Origin: Moniliella sp. 'wahieum'
Taxonomy: Eukaryota
NCBI GenBank assembly: GCA_003971905.1
Contig: RSEE01000009.1
Location: 186,001-250,000, forward strand
Direction of reading: 5' to 3'
DNA length: 64,000 nt
The translations under genes and the position numbers were made by a program. Numbering within the stretch: the stretch's first letter is position 1; the number at the start of each line of letters is the position of its first letter. Of this stretch, positions 38,758 to 51,700 are shown piece after piece. Below the pieces are notes generated by a model, which was not told the origin of the DNA, did no database searches, and saw nothing but the letters and a program-made list of their open reading frames with translations.

Positions 38758-40438
38758 GAGGGAGAAAAAGAGAATAACGGGGTGGGGGGGTGGGGGAATT
38801 GAAGAACGGCACACTTTTGGTTGAGAAAACGATTTTATTGCCAGTGGGACACGATCCCCATGATCAAGACGTGGCTGCCAAGATTAGATCCTCAGTATCG
38901 GACTTAAGCGTTACGTTTGAGGCTTGAAGGTTCTGAGGCCTTGAGGAGTCACTGGTACTATGACTGGTCAGATTCTCAGACCTCAGATGACCATCTTAGA
39001 AATCACTAGCCCGAAGGCAGATCTCAGAGGCAGAGCGGAGATATGCGTCACGAGCCATTGCATCTTCTCTTCAGCAACCCAAGATGTTTTTGAAACATCA
39101 AAATTTGGTGCAGATCCATGATGGGTGATGCACGGATGATAGTAGTATTCCCGAGACAGGCAAGCAGCCCACGTTCTCTGCCGGTTTTTCTGGTTGCTTT
39201 CACCAGCGTAAGCACCACGCGGGTTGCTACTGGGCCACCAGGCGGGGCACGGAAGGGAAAACGACACCCTCAAGCCTGAGCTGAGTCCCTAGTCATAGTC
39301 AAGCCTGCCTGAGGCCTGAGGGCCTGAGGTTCAGGCGCTCAGGGCTCAGGACGACTCAGTACTCAAGGCCTCAGTGTCACTGTGACCTGTGAGTGCACTG
39401 AGTGTGAACCCCACACTGCATCGGACTTAGGGCCCGCACGATGCCAGTCACTAGCTAGTCATTTCAAAAGCAATTATATCCTCGGGGTATTTATAGTACG
39501 CGCGTATTGGCGTGACCTCATCGCACCCCTGTCGTCGTAGAAGAGAATTTCCCGGTTATGCATTATCCGAAGAAGAGACTGCTATCGCTTCGATGGGACA
39601 TCGGATCCCGGCTCTTCGTTGTGTTTTCAGTTGAACGCTCTCATAGTAGTACTCTCTCTCACTGTCTTATATTTCACCCCATCTGAGAGGTATATATATA
39701 CTCCTGGTAGATGGGATTTCTACGTTCGCCGTGGAGACAACTCGAAGCCGGACTGGTCACAGACCTCTCCTATTGTGAAGACGTAGTAGATGGATAGCTT
39801 GCCCAGGCTGCATGGTACAGTCGATACAATGCGCTTCTTTCTCGGCGCACCGGGGGGCGCACGGCGGGCAGCCCGCACGTCCTGTCCTTTACTCCTCTCT
39901 GTGTTGCGACCACACCACTCCTTGCTCTTCGCTCCAAAACACTCAATACATTCTCTTGCAACGCTCTTTTCTCCCCTGATCTGCCCTTTCATCACGACAC
40001 TATTCGAGGGTGCCTCTTGTATGATATCCACGGTGCAAGACTCTGTCACAGTAACCTCAGTAGCCTCTCGACACCCTCTATGGGAGTATCCTATAGCATC
40101 CTTCTCTCTTCGCACCACAATTATATTATTCAGCGCACCATGGGAGCTAGGCTCTTGTTGTCCGTATAATAGGTAACCCATATCCAAAAGGTATTATCAT
40201 GACTGATTTAACCGCACCCGGATATCCGTTTCCATATTCACAGAAAACGTTGTGAATAAGGAACGGGTCGCAACCATCCATAAAGTTGCATTTTCCCACC
40301 GGATTGAGGAAACATTCGACCTATACAGGTGTTCATTATCGGCCCCACCATACATCCATACTATCATGATAGAGAACTGCCACCAATAAGAAGGCACAGG
40401 AGAGGGATCAGCATAGTATATAGATGTGTATTGCTCAA

Positions 40439-41780
40439 TCACAATCCATCATCTTTTGCAGGCGCCTTCTTTCCGTCTTGTTCTTCCCCTGCCCCACGCT
40501 CGTACTTTAACCGTTTTCCTGTGGCGTTAAGGTGATCTTCGATTTCCTGTGCCCGGATCAGCATGTCCTCCCGCATCGCCTGTGCCTCTTCCAAATCCAC
40601 CTCGCAAGGTATACTCTCTCCAAGGTTAGGCTGTTCCTTTAGCCCATAAATCCTGGCGAGATCAAACACCGCTTGCTCTTTCTCCTTGGCCTCGACCATG
40701 AGGTCAGCTCCGGGTGGCAGGGGGGGAAGAAACAAACATCTTCCCGCATGTGCCCGACGCTCTTTGAGTGATACTCCACCCCTGGTCACTGTGGTGGTAC
40801 TTGGGTCTGATTCCCCTTTTGGCCCAGAGGGCTTCAACCTCAGGTAAGAGTTCCTCGGGCGTTTGCCGCGATGGACGTAGCAGATCATCTGATTTTCGAG
40901 TTAGTATGACCACATCTGAACACACCCCTTTACAATGCGATCTTGGATAACAAAATTCAGAAAGGGATGAAAGACGTACGATGAAAGTCGAGGACGAGTG
41001 GCACATCCAACTCTTGCATGCGGTAAAAGCTCCTCGACGGACCAGCTTATTTCATCATTTCCCACGATTTTTTCACGTACTGCCGAAGCGAGGGATGCGA
41101 TCTCCCCTTCTAGTCTCTTGAGAGCTCCCGCACGGTTACCATACACCCCTCCTCCATGAATCACGATTACTACCATCCTGCACCCAGCAGATCGAGAATG
41201 AAGGCATGCATCTCCAACTCCCGTCTTGCTGCTGCACCACACTTTCTCGCGGGCTGCCGAGCTGGGTTGTATTGTCCTGGGTGCATGGTGAGCCGCCCCC
41301 CCCACGCTTGGACGCGCCACGAACAGGGCAAAGTCACTTTCGAGTTGACGCACATCGTACCCCACCTCCTCGTGCGAGCAAACGGGCAAAAGTCACTGGA
41401 GATCCGCATCAGGCCAATCGAGTGAGCTTCGTTCCATCCGATCCACCGGGAGCAAATCACGGATGTTTTCCCTCGCCACGCGAAGAAGCGTTTTCTCGCC
41501 CACCTGCACGGGCTGTCGCTAGACGCACAGTGCGGCTGTTGAACACTGGTGGTTTGGCATTGCGCAAGAGCGTGTTGATGCATGCGTACCCCAATCGGCC
41601 ATGGAAAGGGGTAGGTGATCCAACTCGTGGGGGTGCAAGCATTTCCCCTGATACGATAGGTCCCGGTTCAGGAGAAAGTTTGCTTCGTTTATTAGACACA
41701 CGTCTCGGGGTCCGTGAAGACTTGTGTACGCGTTTAGGTGGTGCAGAAGGGGACCGTGTTTTACCCTTGGTGAGTGTCAT
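40439..41780 (-). CDS. uve1: UV-damage endonuclease UVDE (Uve1/Mus-18)
   Basis: GRLGYACINTLLR..PPVFNSRT.R, MRISSD, RLTMHPGQY, VIHGGGVYG, KYHHS, DLMVEAKEKEQAV. Confidence 0.92.
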
Positions 41781-44700
41781 TGGCTGCTGAGGTTATCGCT
41801 CACAGGGATGAGAATCCTCTAGAACCCGCTTCTGAATAATAGGGGAGTAGGAGAGATCTTGGATGCTGCCAGTGGTGGGTGAATGAAGTAGGTGCCTTGG
41901 GATAAGAAAAAACATAGCAAAATCCAGATGGATCAGTCGGTTGCTGGATTTCATGGAAGAGAATCGATGACATCGAGATGCCACCGATTGGGTGACGTCA
42001 CAAAGTCACTCTTGATCAACCTGATCGATCGACCTCATATTTCCTTATCGGCCCTATTCCACCTCATTTGCATATGACAAAAGCTGACCGACCACATTTG
42101 TGCCGATCTCCAAGTTCAGGTGTGGCAGAAGATTTAGACCTGAACCACCACACACCCCGCGACGGCATATATTATTGCTCTACCTTTTTCCAGGGGCTCA
42201 TCTCCACCCAATTCCTGGTGTTCCTCCCGTCTCACACTTTACGTTAGACGGAGGAGGGAAGCTGAGGTTTAGCATGCACGTGGAGAGTACAACACATCGC
42301 GCACACACCCTCAAAAATTTTGCTTTTTGTGTGAACCACACACACATGATTACTGATGGGGCCTCTCTCACAACAATCCGGTTGGAAAGGAGATCAACGT
42401 CCTCAACACACAGAGACAAAAAAGGCCAACTAACTGATACTGCTCGAGCGTCATAACGTCCAACAACAGGGTGGGATGTGGGTTTTGGTAGATCGCGCGC
42501 ATGAACAAACTATAGCGTTGAAGCTATATAGAGGCTATATATACGCTGTCGAATGAAAAGGCTTGTGATGTTGAACGTTTGGGCACGTGTGTCACGTGCT
42601 AAGGATATAGTAGGAGACATGGATGGCCGATCTCTAGCATAGCTCCAGCGCTTCAGCATCAATAATCGACCATTGACATGGTGGGTATCTCTGTGACATG
42701 TGACAGGCTACGGTCACAAATGATTAATGAGCGCTGAGCAAGAGCGAACTCTGAGCTAGTGAGATCTGAGATGTGGACAGGTGACACCGGTGACACCGGT
42801 TACATGTTGTGACATGTGACCATGATGCGAGTAGCCTCTGTGCGCGCGCAGCTATGTGCGCGGGACTATAGTAGAGTGACTGTTGTTACAAGTTAAATTG
42901 TTGTTGATTCCAACACTTTTTCCCTCCCTACTTGTGGGATTCGGGTCGCTCTCTCCAAGTCTGTTGGAGCGAGGCTTTTACTCTCGAGTACAATTGCCCG
43001 GCGAAAAGGCATAGGCTATACTCACTTCCCTTGTGAATCTTCCTCCAACTAGAATATTTCTTGGCCCATATTATGCCCTCATCTCGATCCTTTTCCTATG
43101 CCCTTTTACTGTCGTTCCAATAGCTCTCATCAGTGAACAGGAACTCAAGAGTCACTATGGTTATAACACTGTTTAAGTCATTAGTAATAGCGACACTATT
43201 AGCCCCTGAGTGAGAAGTCTTCTGAGTCCATGAGGGGAATGTAATGATGTTGTGGCTGGGTGACTAATTGCGCACCCCATATATATCTAACGGGTGACGG
43301 CAGCGCACATGCATGCCACAAAAAGAGAAGTGTGTTGTGTCGAGTTGTTAGACACTGTAAACAGGCTCAGGTGAGGCTACCCACACTCGACAGCGATAAA
43401 GTGATGCGCCGGGCACGCATATAGCCCGAGGTGAAGTGGACGTGCGGCTTGAAGCTTAAGTACGCAAAGACGGGACGTGCTTTTGGCCTGGAACATGTAA
43501 GCTGTAACATGTTCTAGTACCGGTAACGCGGTAAAAAGCGGTGACGCGGTAACGTTGGACTTGGAGCTTGGAGGATGAAGTTCTGACGTCATTTTTCCGA
43601 GCGTATCGAAAAGACAGGGGCTACAAGCTTCAAGCTCACTCTTGCTGCCCTCTGCTGACTTTAAACAACGGTTTGGGTTAAGAATTTTAGTCTGGGACCA
43701 AGTGGGTACCTGCAAATGCTGGTGTCTCATATGCCAGCCACGTACTATGTGGTAGAAGGGTTGCTGTCAACATGTCAACAGAATGGCTTGTAGCGCCCTC
43801 AGTACGTACTCAAGAGTAGTGCGGGTCGAGGACCGTCGAGGAGCTAGGAGCTATCGAGACTCAATATTCAATCGCATCAATGGATGCCATGTCATTCGAT
43901 GACCGCAGACGGTCATCTCTCCGACACAACGCTCTGGAAGAGTAGTTGCCTCTACAATGCATTCGATAGGGGGGTGGATGAAAGCCATTCAGCGATACTC
44001 AGCAGTATTACCAGCGTGAAACTATAATGCTCAGTACACTGAACTCAGTACTCAGTGTTGGACGTTTTGGACGTTGGACTCTCATCGATCATCGATCTCA
44101 GATCTCATTGTCGCGCTGAACACGGTCGATCGGCTTGTGTGTGCCCCGCACCGTTCGAGCCGACCTTAAATACCTATTAGCCGGCCTAAAGCGAGAGGCG
44201 ATGAGAAAAGGGCGGAGAGAGGTCAGACACATACCATGCGAATCAATTCACATTTACATGGGAGCAACGGCTCGCATGTCGATGGATCTCAAGCGCCACG
44301 CCCAGTGCAAACCCCTGCGAGCGTGTTGTGTACTGGTTATTGGCTGGAGCTTCCTATACACGTCGTTTTTGAGCACCACTGGTGCGCGCAGGTTCTAACC
44401 TGTTCTACCCCCACCACAGCCAATGCAGGCCCTATGATATGGCAGCAAAAACGTGGAGGCACGGCCTTGGTCTCTGTCACATGAGGACACGGTGTGCACT
44501 GTGTACTGCGTCCGAGGACTGATGTTCTGTACGACCGGCGCATCGGACCAGTGTGTGTGTTGAACCAACGCTCGCTCAGGCAGTGGATCCCCACCATGCA
44601 TCACACATCACACATCACATGTCACAGGTCGCACATACTGCTGGCGACGCAAGGCTATGCTCCCAGGGGTGATACCGGTGGTGCATGGGTGGTGCTGATG

Positions 44701-45166
44701 ATGGGCACAAGGCCAGTGACCAGGCGACTAGGCACTAGGGACTAGCGGTGTGTGATGCCTGTGAACATGCGAATGGAATGCGTGATGGATGATATGCGTG
44801 TCGGTGATGCCGACGGCGCTGCGGTGGCCGGTGGGGCTGGTGGGGCAGGCGGGGGCAGCAGCAGGCAGCAGCCCAGTGTCCAGCAAGCAACACCACAATA
44901 AGCTCCACCGCCGCTCTCAAGCGCCGAATAGCCCGTCATCCATCCGCATCAGGCCAGGTCCGCATCCAGCCCAGCCAGCGCTGGCCATCGAAGCCCACCC
45001 GCATTCCCCTCGCCCGCCGCCCGCCGCCTGCCTCCTGCCCTCCATTGCCCATGCGGCTCCCATGTGGCCATGACAGTCCCCTCCCAGCCACTGTCCTCCC
45101 CGCCCAACCCCCCCTCTCATCCCTTCGTCGGCAACACGCGCCACCCTCACGCCCTCAGTCGCCGGC

Positions 45167-48100
45167 ATGGCTTCCAGCTCGGCCATGGCCGAGGGCAGCG
45201 GCAGCACCGCGTCCGACAGTCGCTCTAACCCCGATGCTATGCGCACCTTGCCCTTTCCTCCACACCCGTACCGTGGCTCGCTCCTCCCTGCACATTCCCC
45301 ATCACGCTCCCATTCAATGCAAGCGCCATGCCCTGCCTTCGATCGTGGTGCCGCACCAACCCAGCTCGCCTCTCTCCCCAGATAACCCTTTTCGCGCCCG
45401 ACATGCCTCGGCAAGCTCTTCATATGCGCTCCGCTCCCCCCGCACCAGTCTTATTGGGCTTGTCGAGCCCTCTTGGCCCACTCCCTTTCCTCGTCGGATT
45501 GCCTGGGGAGTCCCTGTTCTCCTTCTCCATCACGCAGTGCAACTCCTCGAAAGATGCACCGCCATTCTACAGCTGTGGGTTCACACCCAGCAGCTCATTC
45601 AACGTGATTGCACCCTCGTCCCAGTCTCCGATCCCCATCGCTCCAACACCGTCCCTTACTTCGCCATTGCGACCGGCCGCAATTGGTCTGTGGCATCTCC
45701 CCCTCGTTATGGCTCCGTCCAGGGAACTTCATCCATCTTCCATGCGAGATATGCCTACAAGAGGGCCACATTTGTATCAACCCCCCGATCGTTCCCTCCC
45801 GGAGATGGAAGGGGTGGCCATGCTCAGTCTGACTCCGTCGATTCTCGTATCCCATTATGGTCCAAGGGAAGCACCAGCGTATCTACATCAACGTCTCGTT
45901 CCAGTGCTGGATCTCTCCCTGTCTCTTCTTCTCCGTTTGCCACCGCTTCCACCGAGCCCCTTGCCCCCTGCCTCGGGCGGTAGGGAGAACCGGCATTCAG
46001 TCCTGTCCTCCACCAGTGTGGAGTCTGGCGCTGGGCAGTCGGATTGGTCATCTTCTCATCCATACTCCTCGCCTACCCCTCCATCGAGAGGCACCCTCGT
46101 CCCCCCGCACCGCGATGCCTCCCTGGATGCGTCCCCTCGGGAGAAGACCCTACGGCACCGCCGCAGGCGAATGACCAAGGCCGAAGATAAACGTATGCAG
46201 CAACGACATCGCATTGCACTTGAGCTACTCGAAAGTGAGAGACGCTACGTTGATGGGCTCAATCTGATTCAGGAGGTAAGTCTTTACTCTCCTACTGAAG
46301 GCAAGGTTATACTGACTGATTTGATAAAGTTTTCTACAAACCCTTGTATGATGCTGCTAGGCGCCGAGGAGGCCATGAGAGCCATAATTCTCTCAGCATC
46401 CTGACCTCCGACTCGGGGAAGTTTGCCTTTCCCCTATTGGCTCCGCGGGAACACAAGGGAGAAAAACCGTCGGGCACTGGATCGCGCCCCACCCCTCCCG
46501 CTCTCACGCGCCCTGCACTGAACGAGATGTTCTCCAACTTTTCGCAGATTTTGCACCTCAATGCTGAGCTCCTTGCTCTTCTTGAACAACGGTTAAGCCC
46601 CAAGAGCAACCCACCATGGGACCCAGCGCATGACGAGGTAGGGGACATTCTCGTTTCCATTGCGCCCTACCTCAAGTTGTACCTTTTTTATGTCAAGAAT
46701 TTTTCCGCTGCCCTGGAGAGGATTGAACATGAACGTCGTGTCTCCTCGGCTTTCGCCAATTTTCTCCGTGACGCAGAGAAGCTTGCTCACGCCATCAAGT
46801 TCAACACACTTCTACCTCCCAACCTGCCTCCTCCATCCTTGGCTTAGGCCTCCAGTCGTTCCTTTTGTCTATTGTGCAGCGCATTCCACGGTATAAGCTG
46901 CTTGTGGAAGAGCTGGTGAAGTCTACGCCTCTGAACCTACCAGACTTCTATCACCTCCAAGCTGCTGACTGAAAGTCATCGTATCTGTCGCGACGGGGAT
47001 CAATGAGAGTGTTCGGCAGCATGAGGCGTCTCTTGTGTTGCTCGCCGTGCAACGCGCGCGCTGCATACCCGCCATTTCAGTTGGTCACCCCGGGTCGAAC
47101 CCTGCTTCGCTCAGGAGTGCTGGGCAAGTCCACTCGCCGTTCGGTCCAGGAACGAACATTTTTTCTCTTCTCCGATTGTCTCTTGTATGCGGCCCCCGTC
47201 GAGACTCAAAAGAAGAACCCGGCATGGTCTCGGTTGGCTCAGTACTTGCTTCCCGTGCCTCCTTTTGAGTCAGAACCCCAGGCGTTTCCTGACGAATTCG
47301 GGGTGGTCTGGACTGCCCCTTCGGCGAATGCTGCTTCCTCGTATGAAGTGCCAGGGCTAGAAACACCACTATCTTCCCTGGCCTCCGAAAACAAGAACGA
47401 GCGCAGGGTGGAGCTGGCACCCCATTCACTCGTCTTTCGGGCTGCATTTGACCTTCGGGACTTATTATGGTGGTCAATAATGACCCTATGGCACTACTGG
47501 CCCGGAGACATGGGCATGACTCTTTCCCCAACTCTTTCTCCAAGACATCGAGTTCTTTCCCCTTTCCCCGTCATGGGTCGTCATCGAGTGTGTCAGACCT
47601 TGTGGGAGTGAGGCATGCATTCGAGATCCGTACCCCCACCCGAAGTTTCGTCCTCTATGCCGCGGATGAGGCCAGCAAGGAGCGCTGGATCTCCTCCATC
47701 CGTGACGCAAACAAGACTATCTCACTTCCCGCCGGACCCTAAATGAAAGCGAAGAAGCAGTCGTGCACAGAAAACATGCATCAGTCTCTTCAATCGAAGC
47801 ATTACGGGCAAGGAGACATTCGCTTCTTACTCCTCCATCAGGGCAGATCGCACCCGCAACAGCACCTACACTCATGGATGCTGAACAAATACCTTCCTCC
47901 CCTCCTTCTCAGTTTGAGGTGGAGGAGGAGCAACAGGCTCTTCCCATTCTCGAAGAGTACAATGCCCCCATTTGGATCCCGATAATCATTGCACCCTCTG
48001 TTCCCGTTGCCAAGAACCTTTCACTCTGTTCCGAAGGAAACACCATTGCCGCCTGTGTGGACAAATTGTATGCTCGCCCTGTTCCAGCGCACGCTTCCTC

Positions 48101-48424
48101 ATTCCTCTTGAAATGGGGGGAGGACACATGCCTGCACGCGCTTGCCAGGCCTGCTTCCACAACGTCTTTGACCCTCTCCCCCCTACCTCCTGCCCCTGCC
48201 GTTGACGTGCCCGATTGGGAATGAATGGGGGCCAATCCCAATACACGACTTTTCCCCTGCCATGGAGAGCGAGGGTGCCAGCTCGTTGGACCGCGCCTGT
48301 CTCCCCCCCGGACGGGGAGCGGTCCCAACGGTCCCTGTGCTCTCTCAAGTCGGAACGCTCTGAGCGCTCTGAAACAGAGGGAGATGCAACTGTGACTTCG
48401 GTCTGTCGGTCCACGTTCGTTTAA
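45167..48424 (+). CDS. DH-PH-FYVE Rho/Cdc42 GEF, Don1/FGD-like
   Basis: DH domain (IALELLESERRYV, APYLKLY..YVKNF, VQRIPRYKLL), PH domain (ERTFFLFSDCLLY, FEIRTPTRSF..W) and FYVE domain (CSRCQEPFTLFRRKHHCRLCGQIVCSPCS). Start approximate. Confidence 0.88.
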
Positions 48425-48790
48425 TAACTCTGATGCGGTGCGCCTCATGCCTACTCCCCTCGTGCTATTCGTGCCTCTTGACTTCATCCTCTTCCTATTC
48501 CCTTCGCCTGCGGCGAGGCGCTTGCTCTCTTACCATTATGGTTACCCACTTTGCATTCATCTTTTGTCATCCGATACGATTTCTCAGATCGCCCTCTTAC
48601 CGTTGCTGCTGGCTTGCTTGCGTGCGTTTGTGCCTGTAGAAAGGGAATGATATACGTGAGCTGTGTCTTCCTATTGAGCATTGAATAATTGAGCTGATAT
48701 GTTGAAGCAGCTCAATTTCACTCCTTTCACGCCAGCAAGTGTAGGTGCGCAGCTACGAACTTCTACGTACACACACATGCGGAATGATTA

Positions 48791-51700
48791 ATGAAGCAGG
48801 CGGAACACCCGACGCGTCTGGTGTACTTAAAGGACGCGTCGGCCAGGATGCGGGGCCACCCCAACGCCAATCCACCAACACCACCATCACCCATGGCGAC
48901 CAGTGAATGCGCAGCGGCTGCTCCATCCCCCGAAGCAGAGCGGCGGCTGGGGCTACGTAGCAAACTTGCGATCCACGTTCACTTTAATTCGTCCTGTGCC
49001 GACGTGGCCCTATACTACCGCGCATCGAACTCGGCGCGGGCGCCATTAGTCAGATCCACCGTCTCCTCACCCTGTCTGCTGCCACCCGCCTCACAAAACT
49101 GAACACGATCATCGAGCCAGTCACGTATGAGGGTCGTGTTCACGTTAGCAGCAATGGTGCACAAGGCTGCTCACGTGCTGGGCCTTCGCTTGACAGACCA
49201 GTCTTGGGGCGAACGACTATGGGTGGAGCCCACCAATACTGCCCTCCTCTTACATGTGCCGCCCCTGGCGCCTTATGTTCAAAGAAGGAAATTTCTCGTA
49301 ATACTCCATGGTGCGGCGCCCTACATTCGCACGCCACCTCGAGACGTTTATGCTGTCCACATCCCTCGTCCCTACTCACTCAACAACCGAATTCGCGTTT
49401 CGGCCTCGGACGCGGTCCTGGATGCACACCAGGTGCATGGACGGCCAGCGATGGGCTTGGAGTCGGTATGGCTCGAAGCAGCGCGCAACATACGTCGTAT
49501 TCATGACGGAGAAGGGGATGATAATACGACCTACCGTGGTAGTGAGTATGGGAAGACGAGTTCGACGACGGTATTTCCTTTGTCGGCGGTTCCAAGCCGG
49601 TCATGATCCCATCACTATCCGCTGGGGCCCCACGCCTGAAGGATCACTGGGATCACCTCCTCCTATGGACGTGGACAAGGTTGAAGCTCATTTGAACTTG
49701 GCCCCAGAGGGTGATGTGGCCTATCCCACTTACTTTGCTTTTGAATGCACCATCCGGTTGATGGACTTGCATTTTCCCTGGGTCACAGAGGGCGGGGTAG
49801 TGAGGTACATGTTTCCTCCTCTTTTTGACAAGATGAATGCTGACAGACTGGCTTGACGAATGGTGAGGATAGTGTGGACTTTCTATTTGCTCATGAGGCC
49901 GAGCGGATTGTCCGCTTTTTAGAGAATAGAGTGACCGTCACGCCCCCACACCCACACGACCAGACGCATACACGAAGTGCAGCAGAAAACACCCTTCCTC
50001 TACCTAGGCACATACCCTCTCTCCCCTCCCTCGCCTCGAGCTCGAGTGTGGACGAAAGTGATCTGATCCATGTCCACCCCCCCCCTAATCTGGATGCAAT
50101 GGACGGATCCACAATCTCTCTAGCGGCATGGGACCCTCCTCCAGGTGAAGGAGACGACGGGTGTGATTTTCGACTCGACTCACATCGGGTCTCTACTCCC
50201 CATACTAGTGCCAATGTGAACGTGCGAGGTATTTTGAGCCTTGCTCCACATCACACCTCCTCTCACGCTGGGAAAGAGAGATATGTGACTTTCACAGCCC
50301 CTACGGTACAAGTTCGTCAAGCACAATCGTCCTCTGTCTTGACATTGCAGCTCGCCCCCCCACTTTTGGCCGACCCAGACCAGTCAAATGAAGTTCTTCG
50401 ATTTTTGTTTGGAACGGGACATCTGACTCTACCCTTACTCCTAGAGAATGGAGACCGCCAAAGGAGTTACCTGCTTTACCTGACCCCCGAACGTGATGGT
50501 TTCAGTGCCAATGGATGACGGAACGGAGGCCGATGATAGATCCCACGTCTCCCTCACACCCACTACCAAGCCTGAGCAGGAACTCCACATCCAACCTAAT
50601 CTAGAACCTCCATCTTGTCTATCGAAAACTTGGCTCGATACAGGGAAGGTTGAGTTGCTCCAAGGTTTATCGGGGGCTTTCTTGGGCCGTCTTACCCTCC
50701 CCTCTAGTAGGAGCAAGGTAACGCTTTCATTCCCCCACAGACAGGGCAGGTTCGCACCCTCACCCAACACCAGCCCCTTTCTTGTTCTCCTTCCGGGGAA
50801 CTAGTCTATCCCATCGCAGGAGTGGAGTGGACGTTTCCGCCTAGTCCCACCATGCCGCTCCCTATCATTTCCTCCGGTGTGAAGAAACTCGAAGTCTTGT
50901 TTCGAAGGGAATTCACTCTCCAACCCAAGGAAGTGGTCTCTCTCCCCCTCCCCGGTAGGGTGGAAATCCACACTCTTCCTCCCTCGATTGCTCTCGTATT
51001 CATTCCTGCCCCCAAGCAAAAGGGGAGGTGGAAGGATGCATTTGTACTTGTGGGAATTGTGGCTCTCCTGGCGGTCATTAAACTCATCCTGCTCGATTCG
51101 GGCCTCGCAAAGCTGCAGCACCGTGTCCACCTGCTCACACTCGCTGCTAACCTCGATACGAGTGATGGTTCTTGAACGCCCGAAACTGTTGCCACCCCGC
51201 CGCTTACCCAGTTTCCCCACCACAAAAAGCGCCGGTAGTGGATCTGCCTTCGTCATTGCTGACCGGACCAGAGGAAGACCTCACCTACTACTATCGCACC
51301 GCTCCCACTCATCTCGCCTTGGATTCCACAGAAGCCAGAGAGGCTGTGGTTGTGTAAGACCGGAGGAACCCAAGGGATTGGGTGAAGAACCTCTGGAAAT
51401 GTAGAGCAATGCAATCGCGATGGTGGTGGTTAAGGTCTAAGCCTTGTGCCACACCTAGAGACAGGGGTTCAGACAAGCCTGAGTATACACGTGGAGGCTT
51501 CGGAGGACAAATCAGGGGTGAAGGGTGATGAGGCGCCTTGGCCTAAGTACGGGACCACGGGTCCCAACACCCCCCCGGGCCAAGGGAACGAAAGAAGCCC
51601 GTTGGCCATCAACAAAAGAAAAGTAGAAAGGGGATCAGCGCGAAGAAAGAGAAGCCAAATCGAAATTGTTACGCGCAGAAATGATCTTGGGAAGAGAAAG

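Noticed and set aside
39500..40400. ORFs downstream of UVDE
   Set aside because: No recognisable domain in any frame.
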